A stretch of DNA of 64,000 nucleotides from Podarcis gaigeae. Lineage: Eukaryota. The stretch lies in NCBI GenBank assembly GCA_964106915.2, contig OZ066914.1. One strand, written 5' to 3'. Positions 26,178-38,996 of this stretch are shown one piece after another. The notes under the pieces are model-generated. The model was not told the origin of the DNA. It did not search any database and saw only the letters and a list, made by a program, of their open reading frames with translations. Within the stretch, counting starts at the first letter, position 1. Every line of letters begins with the position of its first letter. Both the position numbers and the translations under genes were made by a program.

Positions 26178-29166
26178 TATATGAATGGAGCTGTGAGGCT
26201 GTTTTCCTTCACATTCAGGCAGTTGAGTACCTTGGACAGCTGCAAAATGTGTACTCCAAATTCACCCAATGTGTCTTTTGAGGAATCAGCATGTGCCAAT
26301 ACTTAGTCATAGCCAGCCATGTTAACCTTGTCAGGAAAGGGAAAGGAAACATGTCTCAGATCCCCAACATCAGTAGGAAGATTCAGAAGCTGCTGGTGCT
26401 CAGAATCAACCCAGATCTCCTGCTTTTCAGTCCTTTTCCATTTCTCAAGACCTCTCTCATGCCACACCTCTGCAGACTTCAAAATACCACAACAAAGGCT
26501 CGATACAACATCCTTTTTGATCCTTCCAGTGTCAAGCCCAGATGATCCCACAACAAGGAACGGTGGAGGGCCAAGTCAAGAGTTTCCACCATTCTCAGTC
26601 TACAGTTCCTACCTACTGGACTTTACAAGTAGTAAAGCAAATACAAGAAACGTGGAGAGATCTGATGGTGTTCCCACTGAGCTAACCAGTGGGGAGGAAC
26701 AAATGAACCTAGAATGAACGGAGAATGACTTGAACATATATCTGAATTAAAAAGCATCATAACAACCTATTAAAAAAGGTAAACACTCAGATGCCTTTGC
26801 ACCCGCCCACCCAAATTAGAGTCTGAATGCATAAAATAAATGCTCTCTTTTCCCCTTTCTCCATCCCCAGTCTCTGCTTTTTATTTCCAGAGCTAATAGT
26901 TTGACTAAGGAAAACACTTAGGCCAATGAATAACAGCATGAACATTTGCTCTTATGAGAAATGCCACAGAGTCATTAATTATGGAGGTAGATAACACGGC
27001 GCCTCCATTTGCAATGTCTCAGAGAGCATCTTCCATACAGATCTGCTTTAATCTACCAATGAAGTCTTAAAAGGGAACCAGCAGGCAGGGCCTTTTCAGA
27101 TTTGAAGCCTCAATATTATTTTAGGTATCTCAAGCATGATGAAAATTATGTTAATTTTAAGTTGTCTCCCATGGCTTTTGTTGGCGCCCTCTGCTTAAAC
27201 CAGGCTTGTAAAATTATTTGCCTGGGCACACCTGAGATAAGGAAGAATCGGCTCAAAGCAGCTGCGAGGAAAGCTTTATAAACATGGCCTCTCTCTTAGG
27301 CCACAAAACAAGCTTCTGTGTATGAGCAGATCAGCTAGTCGCATGTGTGTTTTAATTTCAGAGGAGTCCAGCTGCAGCTGAATGTCTGAACTGGCCCTCA
27401 AGGAATATCCTGCAGGACAACCATTGTGAAAATTGCCTCAATATATATATTTTCATGATGGCTACTGCTTCTCACGGTCCACGCAGAATGCATCTTAACT
27501 GCCAGGTCAACCGTTTCAGCAAGGGCTTGGCAATACTGAAATTAAAGCCCTTTGTTTTTAGTTTGTTCTGTCCCATACTCAAAACTTTAAAAAGCCACCA
27601 AAAATGTTGGTCCTTGTCCCTGACTGAAGAAAGCTGTCAATAGGCAGACCGTCATATGAAAAAGTTTTATCCACAATTTTGTTATTAGCGCAGCTTCTCA
27701 GGTAGAGTAATCTGCCAAGCAAGGTCATGACCAGCAGCTTTTAAAATAAAATACCTTGAACATTTTCTCTCACACCATTCTGCTACTGTTGTTCTGCTCA
27801 CCTCTCCTGTTCCCGTAAGGGCATGTTTATCCACATTCCAGCGGCAGAAAGCACTCACTAACTGCCTCCTTGAGGAGTTTCTCAAGGGCACGGATTCAGA
27901 TCTTGTTATAATCATGCGTTAACCTTGATGCTTGACTAAATTCCAGTTCGGAAGTGTAGAGAAGGCACGTGGTACAGTCCTCACAGAACCGTTCCATTTC
28001 AGAATGCGGCTGGGAGAACTGTACCATCTATCCACTTTTTCCGAATGTTCAGAGTAGCTCTTAAAGGAATGCAAAGCAGGAAGGTCTCAGAGAAAGCATG
28101 CACAGAGGAGCAAAACTGGACACCTGAATTCTTATAAAAGGACCGCGCATTTTAACCCAACATGCTTTGTTTTAAAGGTAAATGGAAAATGCATTTTAAA
28201 ACTGCACAAGCGTTTAAACTAAAGGGAACTACACCTACTGCCTGAAAGCCTAGCTAAAATCAATACTGTATTATAGAGAAAAGAAGGAAAACCACTTTAT
28301 AAGCTTTGCTGAGCTTGAAGTAGAGAAAAAAGTGCATCTTTCTCTATCTCCACCCCACCCCCTACCGCTAAGAATTTGCCTGAGGGGTTGGGGGTTAGAA
28401 ATAATTGTCTCTACAGAAACTATTTCATCAGAGACATTTTCCCTGACACACTGGAAGTTAATATGAAAGAAACCCAAGGATGAACAAATAAGAAAGCACG
28501 CGTCAGAGACTAGGAAAAACTCCAAACAGCCAATATCAGCAAGTTGAAGCTTAGTTAATATAGAGGATCACTTAAAATGGTGACACTTTATGAGCAGCAT
28601 GAGAAATGCAGAAATATCCAAAGGGAGAAGAATCCTGCCAGAAAAAACACATATCCTGCTGGGGGTAGGGAGAAAGAATGATAAGAAAGGAAGAAATCTG
28701 TATCTATTGCCCTGATCAGTCTTTAGAAATTAAAAACCATGAAATGAAAGTGTTAATAGCTTGGACAATTTGTACCCACCACCTGGCATACTCAAGGTTA
28801 TTTCAAGGTGGCTTATTCAGAATATTTCTTCTGCTGCAACAATCCCTGTTTACATAAACAGACACTCCCACAGTAACGTCCTCTCCCAATTCACTCAGGC
28901 TGATCCCCACTTAACAGGAAACAGTAACCATTTTATCATTTAAAGCCAAGTGGTGACCATCAGAAGAGCAAAGATTAAGCCTAAGAGTCCTGAACACATA
29001 TTCAAAAACTCATTTCCCATTGTTAAAATTAAGTAGGCACTCAGTGGACCTCTCTGGGGAGGGCATTCCATTAGCTGGGTGCCCCCACTGAGAAGGCCCC
29101 GTCCCTGGCGTGGATAATGGGGGCACCTGCAGATCCCTTATGAAGAGCTTAACATATGGGTAGCCA

Positions 29167-29520
29167 GGGATGCGGGTGGCGCTGTGGTCTAAACCACCAA
29201 GCCTCTTGGACTTGCTAATCAGAAGGTCAGCGGTTCGAATCCCTACAACAGGGTGAGCTCCGGTTACTCTGTCCTAGCTCCTGCCAACCTATCAATTCAA
29301 AAGCACGCCAGTGCAAGTAGATAAATAGGTACTGCTGAAGTGGGAAGGTAAACAGTGTTTCCATGTGCTGTGGCTTCTGTCACAGTGCACCAGATGTGGT
29401 TTAGTTATGCTGGCTTGGAAAAGCTGTCTGTGGACAAATGCCAGCTCCCTTGGCCTGAAAGCGGAGATGAGCGCTGCATCCCATAGTCGCCGTTGACTGG
29501 ACTTAAGCGTCCAGGGGTTC
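29167..29520 (+). mobile_element. Sauria SINE inserted into an old L2 fragment
   Basis: TSD TATGGGTAGCCA; flanks 29060-29166 and 29533-29700 resemble degenerate minus-strand L2. Confidence 0.85.
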
Positions 29521-29702
29521 TATGGGTAGCCACATATGGAGAAAGGGGCACTTCAGGCATGCCAAAGCCATAAAGGGCATTAAAGTCAAAGCAAGGTGGT
29601 TTAAAAGGCACTTTCTCAAAACCCAATTGGTGCAGCACTACCAATTATGTTATGATCACAACACCCAGTCCTGGTTATTAATCCAGCTGCTGTATTCTGA
29701 AC

Positions 29703-29850
29703 TGTTGTTGTTGTTTAGTCGTTTAGTCGTGTCCGACTCTTCGTGACCCCCTGGACCAGAGCACACCAGGCACTCCTGTCTTCCACTGCCTCCCGCAGTT
29801 TGGTCAAACTCATGCTGGTAGCTTCGAGAACACTATCCAACCATCTCGTC
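29703..29850 (-). mobile_element. BovB/RTE LINE extreme 3' fragment
   Basis: TGTTGTTGTTTAGTCGTTTAGTCGTGTCCGACTC tail on the plus strand. Confidence 0.88.
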
Positions 29851-31802
29851 TAAGCTACTGATTGCCTGCCTGCCTTTTTTATTCCCCCGCTGAAACCTAA
29901 GTAGCAATGAGACTACGACTTCGCTCTCAGTAAGATTTTGCCTACAAATTAAATATTGACTCATACTGGGGGATTAGAGACTAAAGCAGATACACTTTCT
30001 CAATACAGCCTATAGTACACAAGACGAGATAGTTGCACCCCCCCTTTTTTAAAAATAAAAAAGTCTCCTGCATCTTGCCTGCTATCACACAGTAACTTGT
30101 GTGATTTTGCTGTTCAGCAACTTTCTCTGGTGCCTTTATGCAGCTTCTTGCCCCATCCCAATTTCATAGCAGGTGCTTCCAAACTGTTTAGTCAGAAGCA
30201 ACCCCCCCTCAAAACAACAACAACAACAACAACAAACCAATAACCACCCAGATTTACGAGAAAGGTCCACTGAAGTCTGAGAAGCTGTGTCAGTTTATGG
30301 CATTTTGAGCATCTGGTCCCATAAAAGCCCATAAAATCAAACACTGAAGTTTCAACAGCTGAATCAAAGCTGCTCACCAGAGGGTCTCTCGTTACAATCT
30401 CTGCCACACACTATTAGTGCAAGACCATAAAGCAAGGCTACCTCTCTCCAGCCAACCTCCCACCTCATAAACGTTTCCTGAATTATTAGAAATACACGTT
30501 TAAAGGCTTAGGAAAACAGTGCAGATAAACACCAGTTGGAAGGAAGCATGTGAATGCCATCAGGCCCAGGGTGCTGAAGTACAGCAATCTCTAACGGTAG
30601 ATGCGTTCCCCAGAGGGGGAGAAACATCTACTGCTGGTCCAGGGCAATTAGATTCCAGGAAATGAAGCTAGACTCTACAAGGCCACAGGGAAGGAGGCGA
30701 GCATCCATAGTAACTGTAACAAGCAAGAGGTTGCACAACTCTGTTTCTTCACCTCGCCGCCAATATATGCTCTGTTTGTCAAACGCCCCCTGCAAATGTA
30801 CTTTTGAATAGCTGGTGGAAGGTTGAACAAGTCCTGAAAAATCTTTTCCTTCAAGTACAGAAGCAAAGATAATAAATAAATAAAAATTGAAATAAATCTA
30901 GAATGCATGTGTGTTGTGTATGTGCCCTGCACACTCCAAAGGGTTAAGTGGCCAGATCCTAGATCTTGAGAAGAACAATCAGTCTGCAGCTAGAATTCCA
31001 GCTCAGCCTCCTTGGAGCAGATCATTGCTTCAACAGACCAAAATAAGCAACTTTTGCTCACAAACACTGATTTCTGGCATCTTCTCTGACATGAACTTAT
31101 GAGTAAGCATTTTTACGGCAGATACTTTTAACATGAAATCTCAGCTACAATTGATGTAGCATGAATGACCAGAAAATAAGTAGCAAAAAAGTACTACTGA
31201 TTAAGTAACACATACAAAGAGAAAGAGAGAGTTATAGTGTAACCCTAATTTAGAAATTGGGAGCAAACTCTTTTGATACATAAAATAACTTAAATAATCA
31301 AGTACCGAAGATGTGAATTATAAACAGGATTGCTTGTGATCACCTAAAATAACCGCAGATTTAGGCTACAACAGCCCTAAAACCACTGACCTAGGAGTAC
31401 CCAATGAACTCAGTGGAACTTATTTCTGAGTTGATGTAAAAGATGGAGCTGGAAATATTTACTGCCCCCAGACCTTTGTTGGCAATATACCCACAGTTGC
31501 TGAAACCATCAACCGATAGAAAGTTGTTTAGACGAAATGACTTTGCAGCATCTAACAAGCCAAACATTCATTGTTTAGAGAAAGTTATTTGTTATTGCAC
31601 AATATGAAATTATGAAAATACAAACATCCGATTTAGATTTGTTACGCATGGAAAGGAAGACAAAAGAAGATGTTTAAGTTGCTCTGCTACAGTGACCAGC
31701 AGTCCTCAAAATCTTGCCTTGGGTATCAATGGATTATAAAAAGAAAAAAACCCATTGCATTCTTTATAGGCTCTATTAAGGCTCTATTTTGATTGCTTAG
31801 AG

Positions 31803-32297
31803 TAGTGGTTTCTAACCAGTGTGCCGTGGCAACCTGGGGTGCCTTGAATGGTGCTCAGGGGTGCCGCTGGCGACACTGACCTCTGTTCCTCTTCCGGTCT
31901 CTTGCATCTCTGCCTCCCAAAGGCTTGCACAGCTGTTTGTTGCACCAGCCCTGGCTACAAGCTCTGCAGGGGAATGGTGCCTCTGGAGCTGGCCAGGGGG
32001 TGCTTCCCAGGCCTCTGTGGGGCAGTGTGAAGAGGCACCTCTCTTTGGGGCGGTGGGAGGGAGCAGCTCAGAGACCAGGGCAGCTGCTGCAGCTGCCCAG
32101 AGGACTCCCAAGGAGAGGGGAGAAGAGAGGAGGCCGAGGGAACACTCCACCAGGGAGGGTGTTTGAAAAGGGGTGAGGGGTTGCCGGTTCTGCAGGCAAG
32201 GGGTGATATAACTGGGCTCCTGAGCCCCACAGGGGTGCCGCAGAAAGAACGTAGTTGGTCAAGGGAGCCGTAGACCCAAAAAGGTTGGAAACCTCTG
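31803..32297. mobile_element. Non-autonomous hAT (Charlie-like) element with GC-rich interior
   Basis: Imperfect TIR TAGTGGTTTCTAACC / GGTTGGAAACCTCTG; perfect 8-bp TSD GCTTAGAG. Confidence 0.85.
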
Positions 32298-32328
32298 GCT
32301 TAGAGAGAGGCTTATTCATAACTGCTAA

Positions 32329-32425
32329 TTGGTATCTGAAGAAGTGTGCATGCACACGAAAGCTCATACCAAGAACTGACTTAGTTGGTCTTTAAGGTGC
32401 TACTGGAAGGAATTTTTTTTGTTTT
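32329..32425 (+). mobile_element. Penelope-like element terminal fragment
   Basis: CTGAAGAAG...CGAAAGCTCATACC...TTAGTTGGTCTTTAAGGTGCTAC motif; flanked by TGCTAATTG repeats. Confidence 0.65.
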
Positions 32426-33482
32426 TGCTAATTGCCAGTCGTATGGAAAGAGCAAGGCAAAACTTACACATACGTTGCAGCAAAGCTAAATTGTGATTCC
32501 CTATTGGAAAAGAGGCTGTGGGTTTTAATAAGGTTCCTTTTTGTATGAATAGACTATGAGTTCCAATTTAAGGGTGGCATTTCAGGAGAGTTTTCTAGTG
32601 TGGGTTCTCTGACAAGCTTCCAGAGAGTCCTCGTTGTGGCAAGCTTTTTCGCTTGGAAGGAGAATGCTATTTCAGGTATGGAGGGAAGGATAAAAATACC
32701 CCAGGAGTTTATGAGCGGCTGTGCTCAGGTTGCTGAGCAGGCAGGAAAATGAATGGAGGAAATAAGATAAAGGGATTATAATGAAATACAGTCTGCATTT
32801 CTGGATTACAGGGAACTAAACAGAAATGACAATGTTGTGTCTTTTAAAGGTTTATATAATGTTTGAAAGCTATGTTGTAATGTAGGTCCCTGACTTTGCA
32901 TGGAATTATACATTTGTACATGGAGTTACAGTAGAGCAGTATAGTTTATGAAATGTTTAAAAGGATTTCCTTTTTATTTTATTAATGTCTGGTTCAGTGC
33001 CCTTCCACACATAGAGTTCCAAGTAGCCTAAGAATCATAATCAGAACAAGCCCTATCATTAGGCAGTTGAGACAGTGTTGCCTCGGGCATCAGATGTTAA
33101 GGCATCTCTGTACCTGGGCTTCTGACACCTGAGGTGCCTTTTTTTTAGGACCCACCCTATTTCTGAAATGTTAAGTTGTTTTAAACCATTTTTAATACTG
33201 TGTCTTAATTGTTGTAAGCTGCCCTGGGACCGGGGGGTGCAGGGTGGTTAATAATAATAATAATAGGCATATTTTTATGGCATTTACCTCCATGCTGAAG
33301 GACAGCACCGTTCTGATTTTCTGTCTTCAGCAAACAGACAATCTCCAGACACCCTAATGAGTGACAGTCCCATCTTATGCTGAGAATTATACAAATATAT
33401 TTAAAATAAAAATTAAAAAAATGCAGCACTCCCTGTAGCATTCACTGGATTCAGGGTTCCCTTACACCAACTCTACTAATTA

Positions 33483-33741
33483 CCGTATTTTTCGCTCTAT
33501 AAGACGCACCAGACCACAAGACGCACCTAGTTTTTGGAGGAGGAAAACAAGAAAAAAAATATTCTGAATCTCAGAAGCCAGAACAGCAAGAGGGATCGCT
33601 GCGCAGTGAAAGCAGCAATCCCTCTTGCTGTTCTGGCTTCTGTGATAGCTGTGCAGCCTGCATTCGCTCCATAAGATGCACACACATTTCCCCTTACTTT
33701 TTAGGAGGGAAAAAGTGAGTCTTATAGAGCAAAAAATACAG
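33483..33741. mobile_element. Tc1/mariner (Tc2-like) MITE with internal hairpin
   Basis: TA TSD; TIR CCGTATTTTTCGCTCTATAAGAC; internal 71-nt hairpin at 33572-33642. Confidence 0.88.
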
Positions 33742-34243
33742 TATATTGCTATCCCTTTTAACCAGCCTCCCAAACCTCCCAAACTTGAAGCCTGGATCTT
33801 TCCCTACTTGCAGCAATTTTGAAATGTGCAGAGACGGAGGACCAAAATCCCCTCGTCCGACTGGCCAGGCGTCTTCACTGTAGTAAGCTCAACAGAAAAC
33901 TGTGCAGTCAAACTTCTAAAGACAATTATTCACACTGCATTTCACATCCAGATTGGATATCCCTTTCTGGTCATTAGCAGCTGGCTGGTGTTATAGTTAT
34001 TTACAACCCCCTTAGGCTCTCCGCTCCTCCCGCCAGATATTAAATGGAAATCAGTGTGGATTAGGGAAGGGGTGTTGTTAAGTCATGTGAGCAGCTCATG
34101 TGCTTTCAGCACTCTCTCGGTTTATATATCCCCGTTAAGTGCTGCTTATTTAGCAGTTGAAGTTAGCAATGGCCTGACCGCTGATCGTCACGTCTGACAG
34201 GTAGCTCCCGCAGAGAGGCCATTTCTCGTACAGAGCAATGTCT

Positions 34244-34429
34244 AGATGGAGGGCACAAGGAGAAGTGGGCGACAGACAGAGGGTGAGATGGTTGGACAGT
34301 GTTCTCGAAGCTACGAACATGAGTTTGACCAAACTGCGGGAGGCAGTGGAAGACAGGAGGGCCTGGCGTGCTCTGGTCCATGGGGTCACGAAGAGTCAGA
34401 CACGACACGACTAAACGACTAAACAACAA
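34244..34429 (+). mobile_element. BovB/RTE LINE 3' fragment
   Basis: Matches the 3' end of the 5049 copy; TSD AGAGCAATG. Confidence 0.88.
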
Positions 34430-34884
34430 ATTCAAGAGCAATGAAGAAAGCAGAACCTTAGATAATATAATAATACTGAAGACAATGGAAACTGATACCA
34501 CACTATACTAGGCAAAATGGCCATCGATAATAGCACTATAAATTAGGTCCTCCTCTACCTGCCTTTCTCTGCAATACTATACTTAGATTTGTGCACCTCA
34601 TTGCAGAGCAAAGATCTTGACAAGCTGGCAAACCTCCAGGAAAGATCAACAGAAATTGCTGAGGTAACGAAAACAGCTATTTATAGGCAAAAATAAATTT
34701 GAAAAAACAGAAAAGTGTTCAATATTCATCCTGTGGCAATGCCTAGAGACCCAGCCACAGATCAAAACTTGACCATGTTAGATGTTGTCAGAAGCCCAAC
34801 TGATTAGCCAAACTTAATTTCTCCCCAAGTTGCTCCTCAAACTCAGATACAATAAGACAAATATCTAGAAAAGTGAAGAAGTGT

Positions 34885-35060
34885 GCTAACCCAGAAATAG
34901 TGCTTCAGGTTAAGAACTTTGCTTCAGGATGAGAACAGAAATCGTGCTCCGGCAGCATAGCGGCAGCAGGAGGCCCCATTAGCTAAAGTAGTACCTCAGG
35001 TTAAGAACAGTTTCAGGTTAAGAACGGACCTCTGGAACGAATTAAGTACTTAACTTGAGG
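34885..35060. mobile_element. Tigger/pogo-like MITE, family A (truncated)
   Basis: Internal GCTAACCCAGAAATAG...AGGCCCCATTAGCTAAAG matches the 18862 and 19789 copies. Confidence 0.75.
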
Positions 35061-35533
35061 TTGGCTTTCTTTGCGCGCGCACACACACCACTATTAGTGT
35101 TCCTGCTATAAGCAGACAAGTTTCAAGTCCTCTTTTAAGGACAGATTAGCAGTGGACAAGAGGGTCTTTTCACAAAGACCCTGTGCAACATAGTAGGGAG
35201 AGGGAAAAACCCCATTCCCTAAAAACCAAGATGACTAACCAGCATTTCTTTAAATCTTGTGCCAAGGAACGCTTTAGAAGATTCCAGTGAAGGAGTACCA
35301 GCACCACTAACCTGCAGTATTCAGCCAATAACATCCCCCCCACCCCGCAGCTGATCTTGAAATCAGAGTTCCACGTTCATCAATGCAATAGATTCCATCC
35401 AGTCTGTTTAATGCTCAGAAATACAATGATTGCCCTTTTAACAAGACAAATGTTCCCATAGATCTTTTCATACTATGAAGTAAGAGATACAGTATGAGCC
35501 AACATTCGAGTTTGCCAATCCCTGATGAACTAC

Positions 35534-35731
35534 CAAAACGTTCGGAAACCCAAGTGCGGCTTCTGATTGGCTGCAGGAAAACTTCCTGCAGCCAATCAGA
35601 AGTTGCAGAAGCCCCGTCGGACATTCGGGTTCCAAAGAACGTTTGCAAACCGGAACACTCACTTCCAGGTTTGCAACGTTCGGGAGCCAAAATGTCCAAG
35701 TACCAAGGTGTTTGGGATCCAAGATACAATG
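35534..35731. mobile_element. Tigger/pogo-like MITE, family C (degenerate)
   Basis: Same GATTGGCTGCAGG..CCTGCAGCCAATC core and right arm as the 25927 copy. Confidence 0.7.
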
Positions 35732-36565
35732 GTATTTACCACTCTTGCTGAATATTTTGATGCTTCTCAGGATAGGCGCATTTCAAAGCTCTCCTGCTAT
35801 GCACCTTTACGTTTTTAAAAGGTCATATTCTTAGGGTACCATCCTGAGCTCAGAAATGCATGCTTCATGACAGGAGTACTTATCTCAGCCAGTTTGGGCC
35901 AACTTCACGAAACTCTTATACACAAGAAGAGCTTCCTTGTCTTCTTGAGCATGGGATGCTTATGCAAGAATCCCACCCATCTTTAATAAAAGCAGAACAC
36001 CCATATTTACACAGATTTCAAAGTGAAAGACTGAGAAACTAACCGGGTATTAAAGAGCGGTTTTACAATGGTCTGGTTCAAAACTGAAGGCGGTGCATTG
36101 ATGTTTTATTATCTTCTTTGGGGAAAAGCAGCGTTCCCTGCATAACTAGGCAGATTTATGGTCTGGATGCATTCAAGAGAGAATATAGATTAGCCGGCAA
36201 AGTTCTGAGTAAACGATCTTGCAAATCAAGGTGGAGGTCAGCGAAAGAAGAACTTGTACTGTGCCACCTTGAAGTTATGTAAAGATAATTTCTATGTCTG
36301 AGGCCGCTGGTAGCTTTCCAAGATTGTTCCGTTGACGGACTTTATAGCTGGTGGGCAGGCGGCGTTCATCAATTCTCAGTTTTAAGGTTCCCCAGCTCAA
36401 GGCAGCCAACTCAGGCAGCGTAAACCCAAGAGATGGATGCTCCTCCCACCAGATATGGGAGGCAATGGCAGCGGAAGGGCAGAACCCCTCGATTTAAGAA
36501 ATAAAAAACTGCCTGGAATCTCTCCAAATGTAACTAAGGCAAAGCCAAAACTGATTTAAGTTACT

Positions 36566-37113
36566 TTAAAAAAATAAATCTTTATTGATTTAAAATATCA
36601 TCTTACATACATATTACAGAGAGTTACATCAAAATTAAACACAAAAATATAATAGGAAAAAGATAAAGAAAATAAAAATAAAAAGCAATAAAGAGTTAAT
36701 AAGAAATGAATATTGGTTATAACATCCTGCCTTCTCTAATAAAGTCTTCTGAAAGAAATTTCTAATTGTTCTCATTGTACTTTTTCTATTGTCTTATAAC
36801 AGTTTGTTTTATAACTTTTCCTATATATTCCTATATATTCCTATATATTCATCTAGTATATTTATTCCATTTGTTTATTATATACAAGTATCATTCAGTT
36901 CTGCTAGGATAACGTCGTCATCTTATATATTCTTTGAATAGTCTCCATTCTCTGAATATTTTTTGATTTGGGGCTCCTCTGACTTTTCCGGTCAGCTTCG
37001 CTAATTGAAAGTACTTTAGCATGAGTGATTGCCAATCTATTATTATAGGTGTTGTTTCACATTTCCAACTTCTGGCTATCAGTATTCTTGCAGCCGTAAT
37101 TGAATACGTAAGC
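36566..37113 (-). mobile_element. 5'-truncated L1 LINE
   Basis: ORF2 C-terminus-like peptide (TAARILIARSWK...DW...W..FKEYI), AATAAA, 16-bp TSD ACTGATTTAAGTTACT. Confidence 0.85.
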
Positions 37114-37503
37114 ACTGATTTAAGTTACTGGTGGTTTTAATAAACGCCTAAGAAGGCCAGCTACAGCAAATGTGCAAAAGTGCCTCATAATGTCACATGC
37201 CGGCAAGCGATAGGAAGACATGAGCTTGGAATCCCTGATCTTCACTATTAGCCTCTTCCTTGTCAAGATAACGTCTTCGAAGGCCACCAAGGAGAAGCTG
37301 AAGGTTACTGTGTTGACAATCCTCCACCACCTTCCCTGCCACGCACAATTTGCAAAGAAAAAGTAAAGTGTGTTGTAACTTCGAGACTCCTCCTGCCCTC
37401 AGTCGACACAAGGGCTCCGAGGTACAAATTCAGAAGAGAGTGTTGGCATTCTACGTCCAGGTCCAGTTAATAGGCATCCTTACTTTTCCCAGATCCATTT
37501 TAT

Positions 37504-37981
37504 TTTTTTTATTTTTTTATGGAATATTTATTAAAGTTTTACAAAGACATAAATACAAAAATACATGAAAAAATAAAAAATACAACATACAACATACAAA
37601 AGACAAAAAACAAAAACAAAAATAGGAAAAAATTAAAAACAAATCCGTTTTTTATAACTTTAAACTCATTTGCTTGTTTCCTTGACCTCCTCTCACCTCC
37701 CCTTTTTGTAATCCCATTTACATAATCAAATCAGCAAATCCTTGCCCTCTTTCATTTATCTTAACTCTATAACTTAACATATTATAACTCTATATTTCCA
37801 TCCATTATCAATTCATTTTTACATATTCTTAATAACTTTGTTGCTAAAGCCACATATTTTCAATCCAACATCATTTTAACATTCATTAGTTTTACAGTGT
37901 TTCTGCAGATAGTCTTTAAATTTCTTCCAGTCTTCTTCCACCAACTCTTCTCCCTGGTCTCGTATTCTGCCAGTCATTTCC
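37504..37981 (-). mobile_element. 5'-truncated L1 LINE (second family)
   Basis: EMTGRIRDQGEELVEEDWKKFKDYLQKHCKTNEC*, AATAAA and poly(A), TSD TTCCCAGATCCATTTTAT. Confidence 0.85.
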
Positions 37982-38175
37982 TTCCCAGATCCATTTTATA
38001 TCTATTTATGTAAAGCAAGAGGTAGGAGGAAAACAGAAGAAGCTCATGTCTTTCCAATACTGTCTTACACCTTCTTAAGGAGGCTCACCTCTGTGTCCCA
38101 GAACTACAGCCCTGAGACATCTTTCTAGGATACCCAGGCAGCATGATAGCTGCTGAAAAGCCACCTGCCATGCGA

Positions 38176-38572
38176 GGTAAAGGTAAAGGTAAAGGTACCC
38201 CTGCCCGTACGGGCCAGTCTTGACAGACTCTGGGGTTGTGCGCCCATCTCACTTAAGAGGCCAGGGGCCAGCGCTGTCCGGAGACACTTCCGGGTCACGT
38301 GGCCAGCGTGACATCGCTGCTCTGGCGAGCCAGAGCCGCACACGGAAACGCCGTTTACCTTCCCGCTGGTAAGCGGTCCCTATTTATCTACTTGCACCCG
38401 GAGGTGCTTTCGAACTGCTAGGTTGGCAGGCGCTGGGACCGAGCAGCGGGAGCGCACCCCGCCGCAGGGATTCGAACCGCCGACCTTTCGATCGGCAAGT
38501 CCTAGGCGCTGAGGCTTTAACCCACAGCGCCACCTGCGTCCCGAGACTGCGTCCCGAGACTGCGTCCCGAGT
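38176..38572 (-). mobile_element. Sauria SINE with triplicated 5' end
   Basis: TSD CTGCCATGCGAG; (CTGCGTCCCGAGA)x3 at the 5' junction. Confidence 0.9.
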
Positions 38573-38926
38573 CTGCCATGCGAGAGCAGCTGAAAAATCA
38601 ATGGCACATGGGCAATGTGCCATGCCTCTATATGCAATTGAACATGTAATGCCGGGGACTCGTGCAAATGCCCCTTATAAATGCTGATATACAGAGTTCT
38701 GGGGTGACCATCATATGCTCAGGCGATGTGTAAATTGAGTCGCAAATAAAGCTGCCACAATTAAGGTTTTCTTTGAAGAACTGAGGTGCCTACATAGGCT
38801 TCTCAACCTACAACTTACAAACACACACAACACACACACACACCAAAAACAATTAAATTATCAGTTGGCTTTCAAGTGTCTATTCTTCCAGTCACAATGT
38901 ATTGCACCCGTAACCTGCTCTCTCCT

Positions 38927-38932
<6 letters not shown>

Positions 38933-38976
<44 letters not shown>
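38933..38976. repeat. (CT)n microsatellite
   Basis: Read directly from the sequence. Confidence 0.95.
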
Positions 38977-38981
<5 letters not shown>

Positions 38982-38996
38982 TATACATGATAAGAT

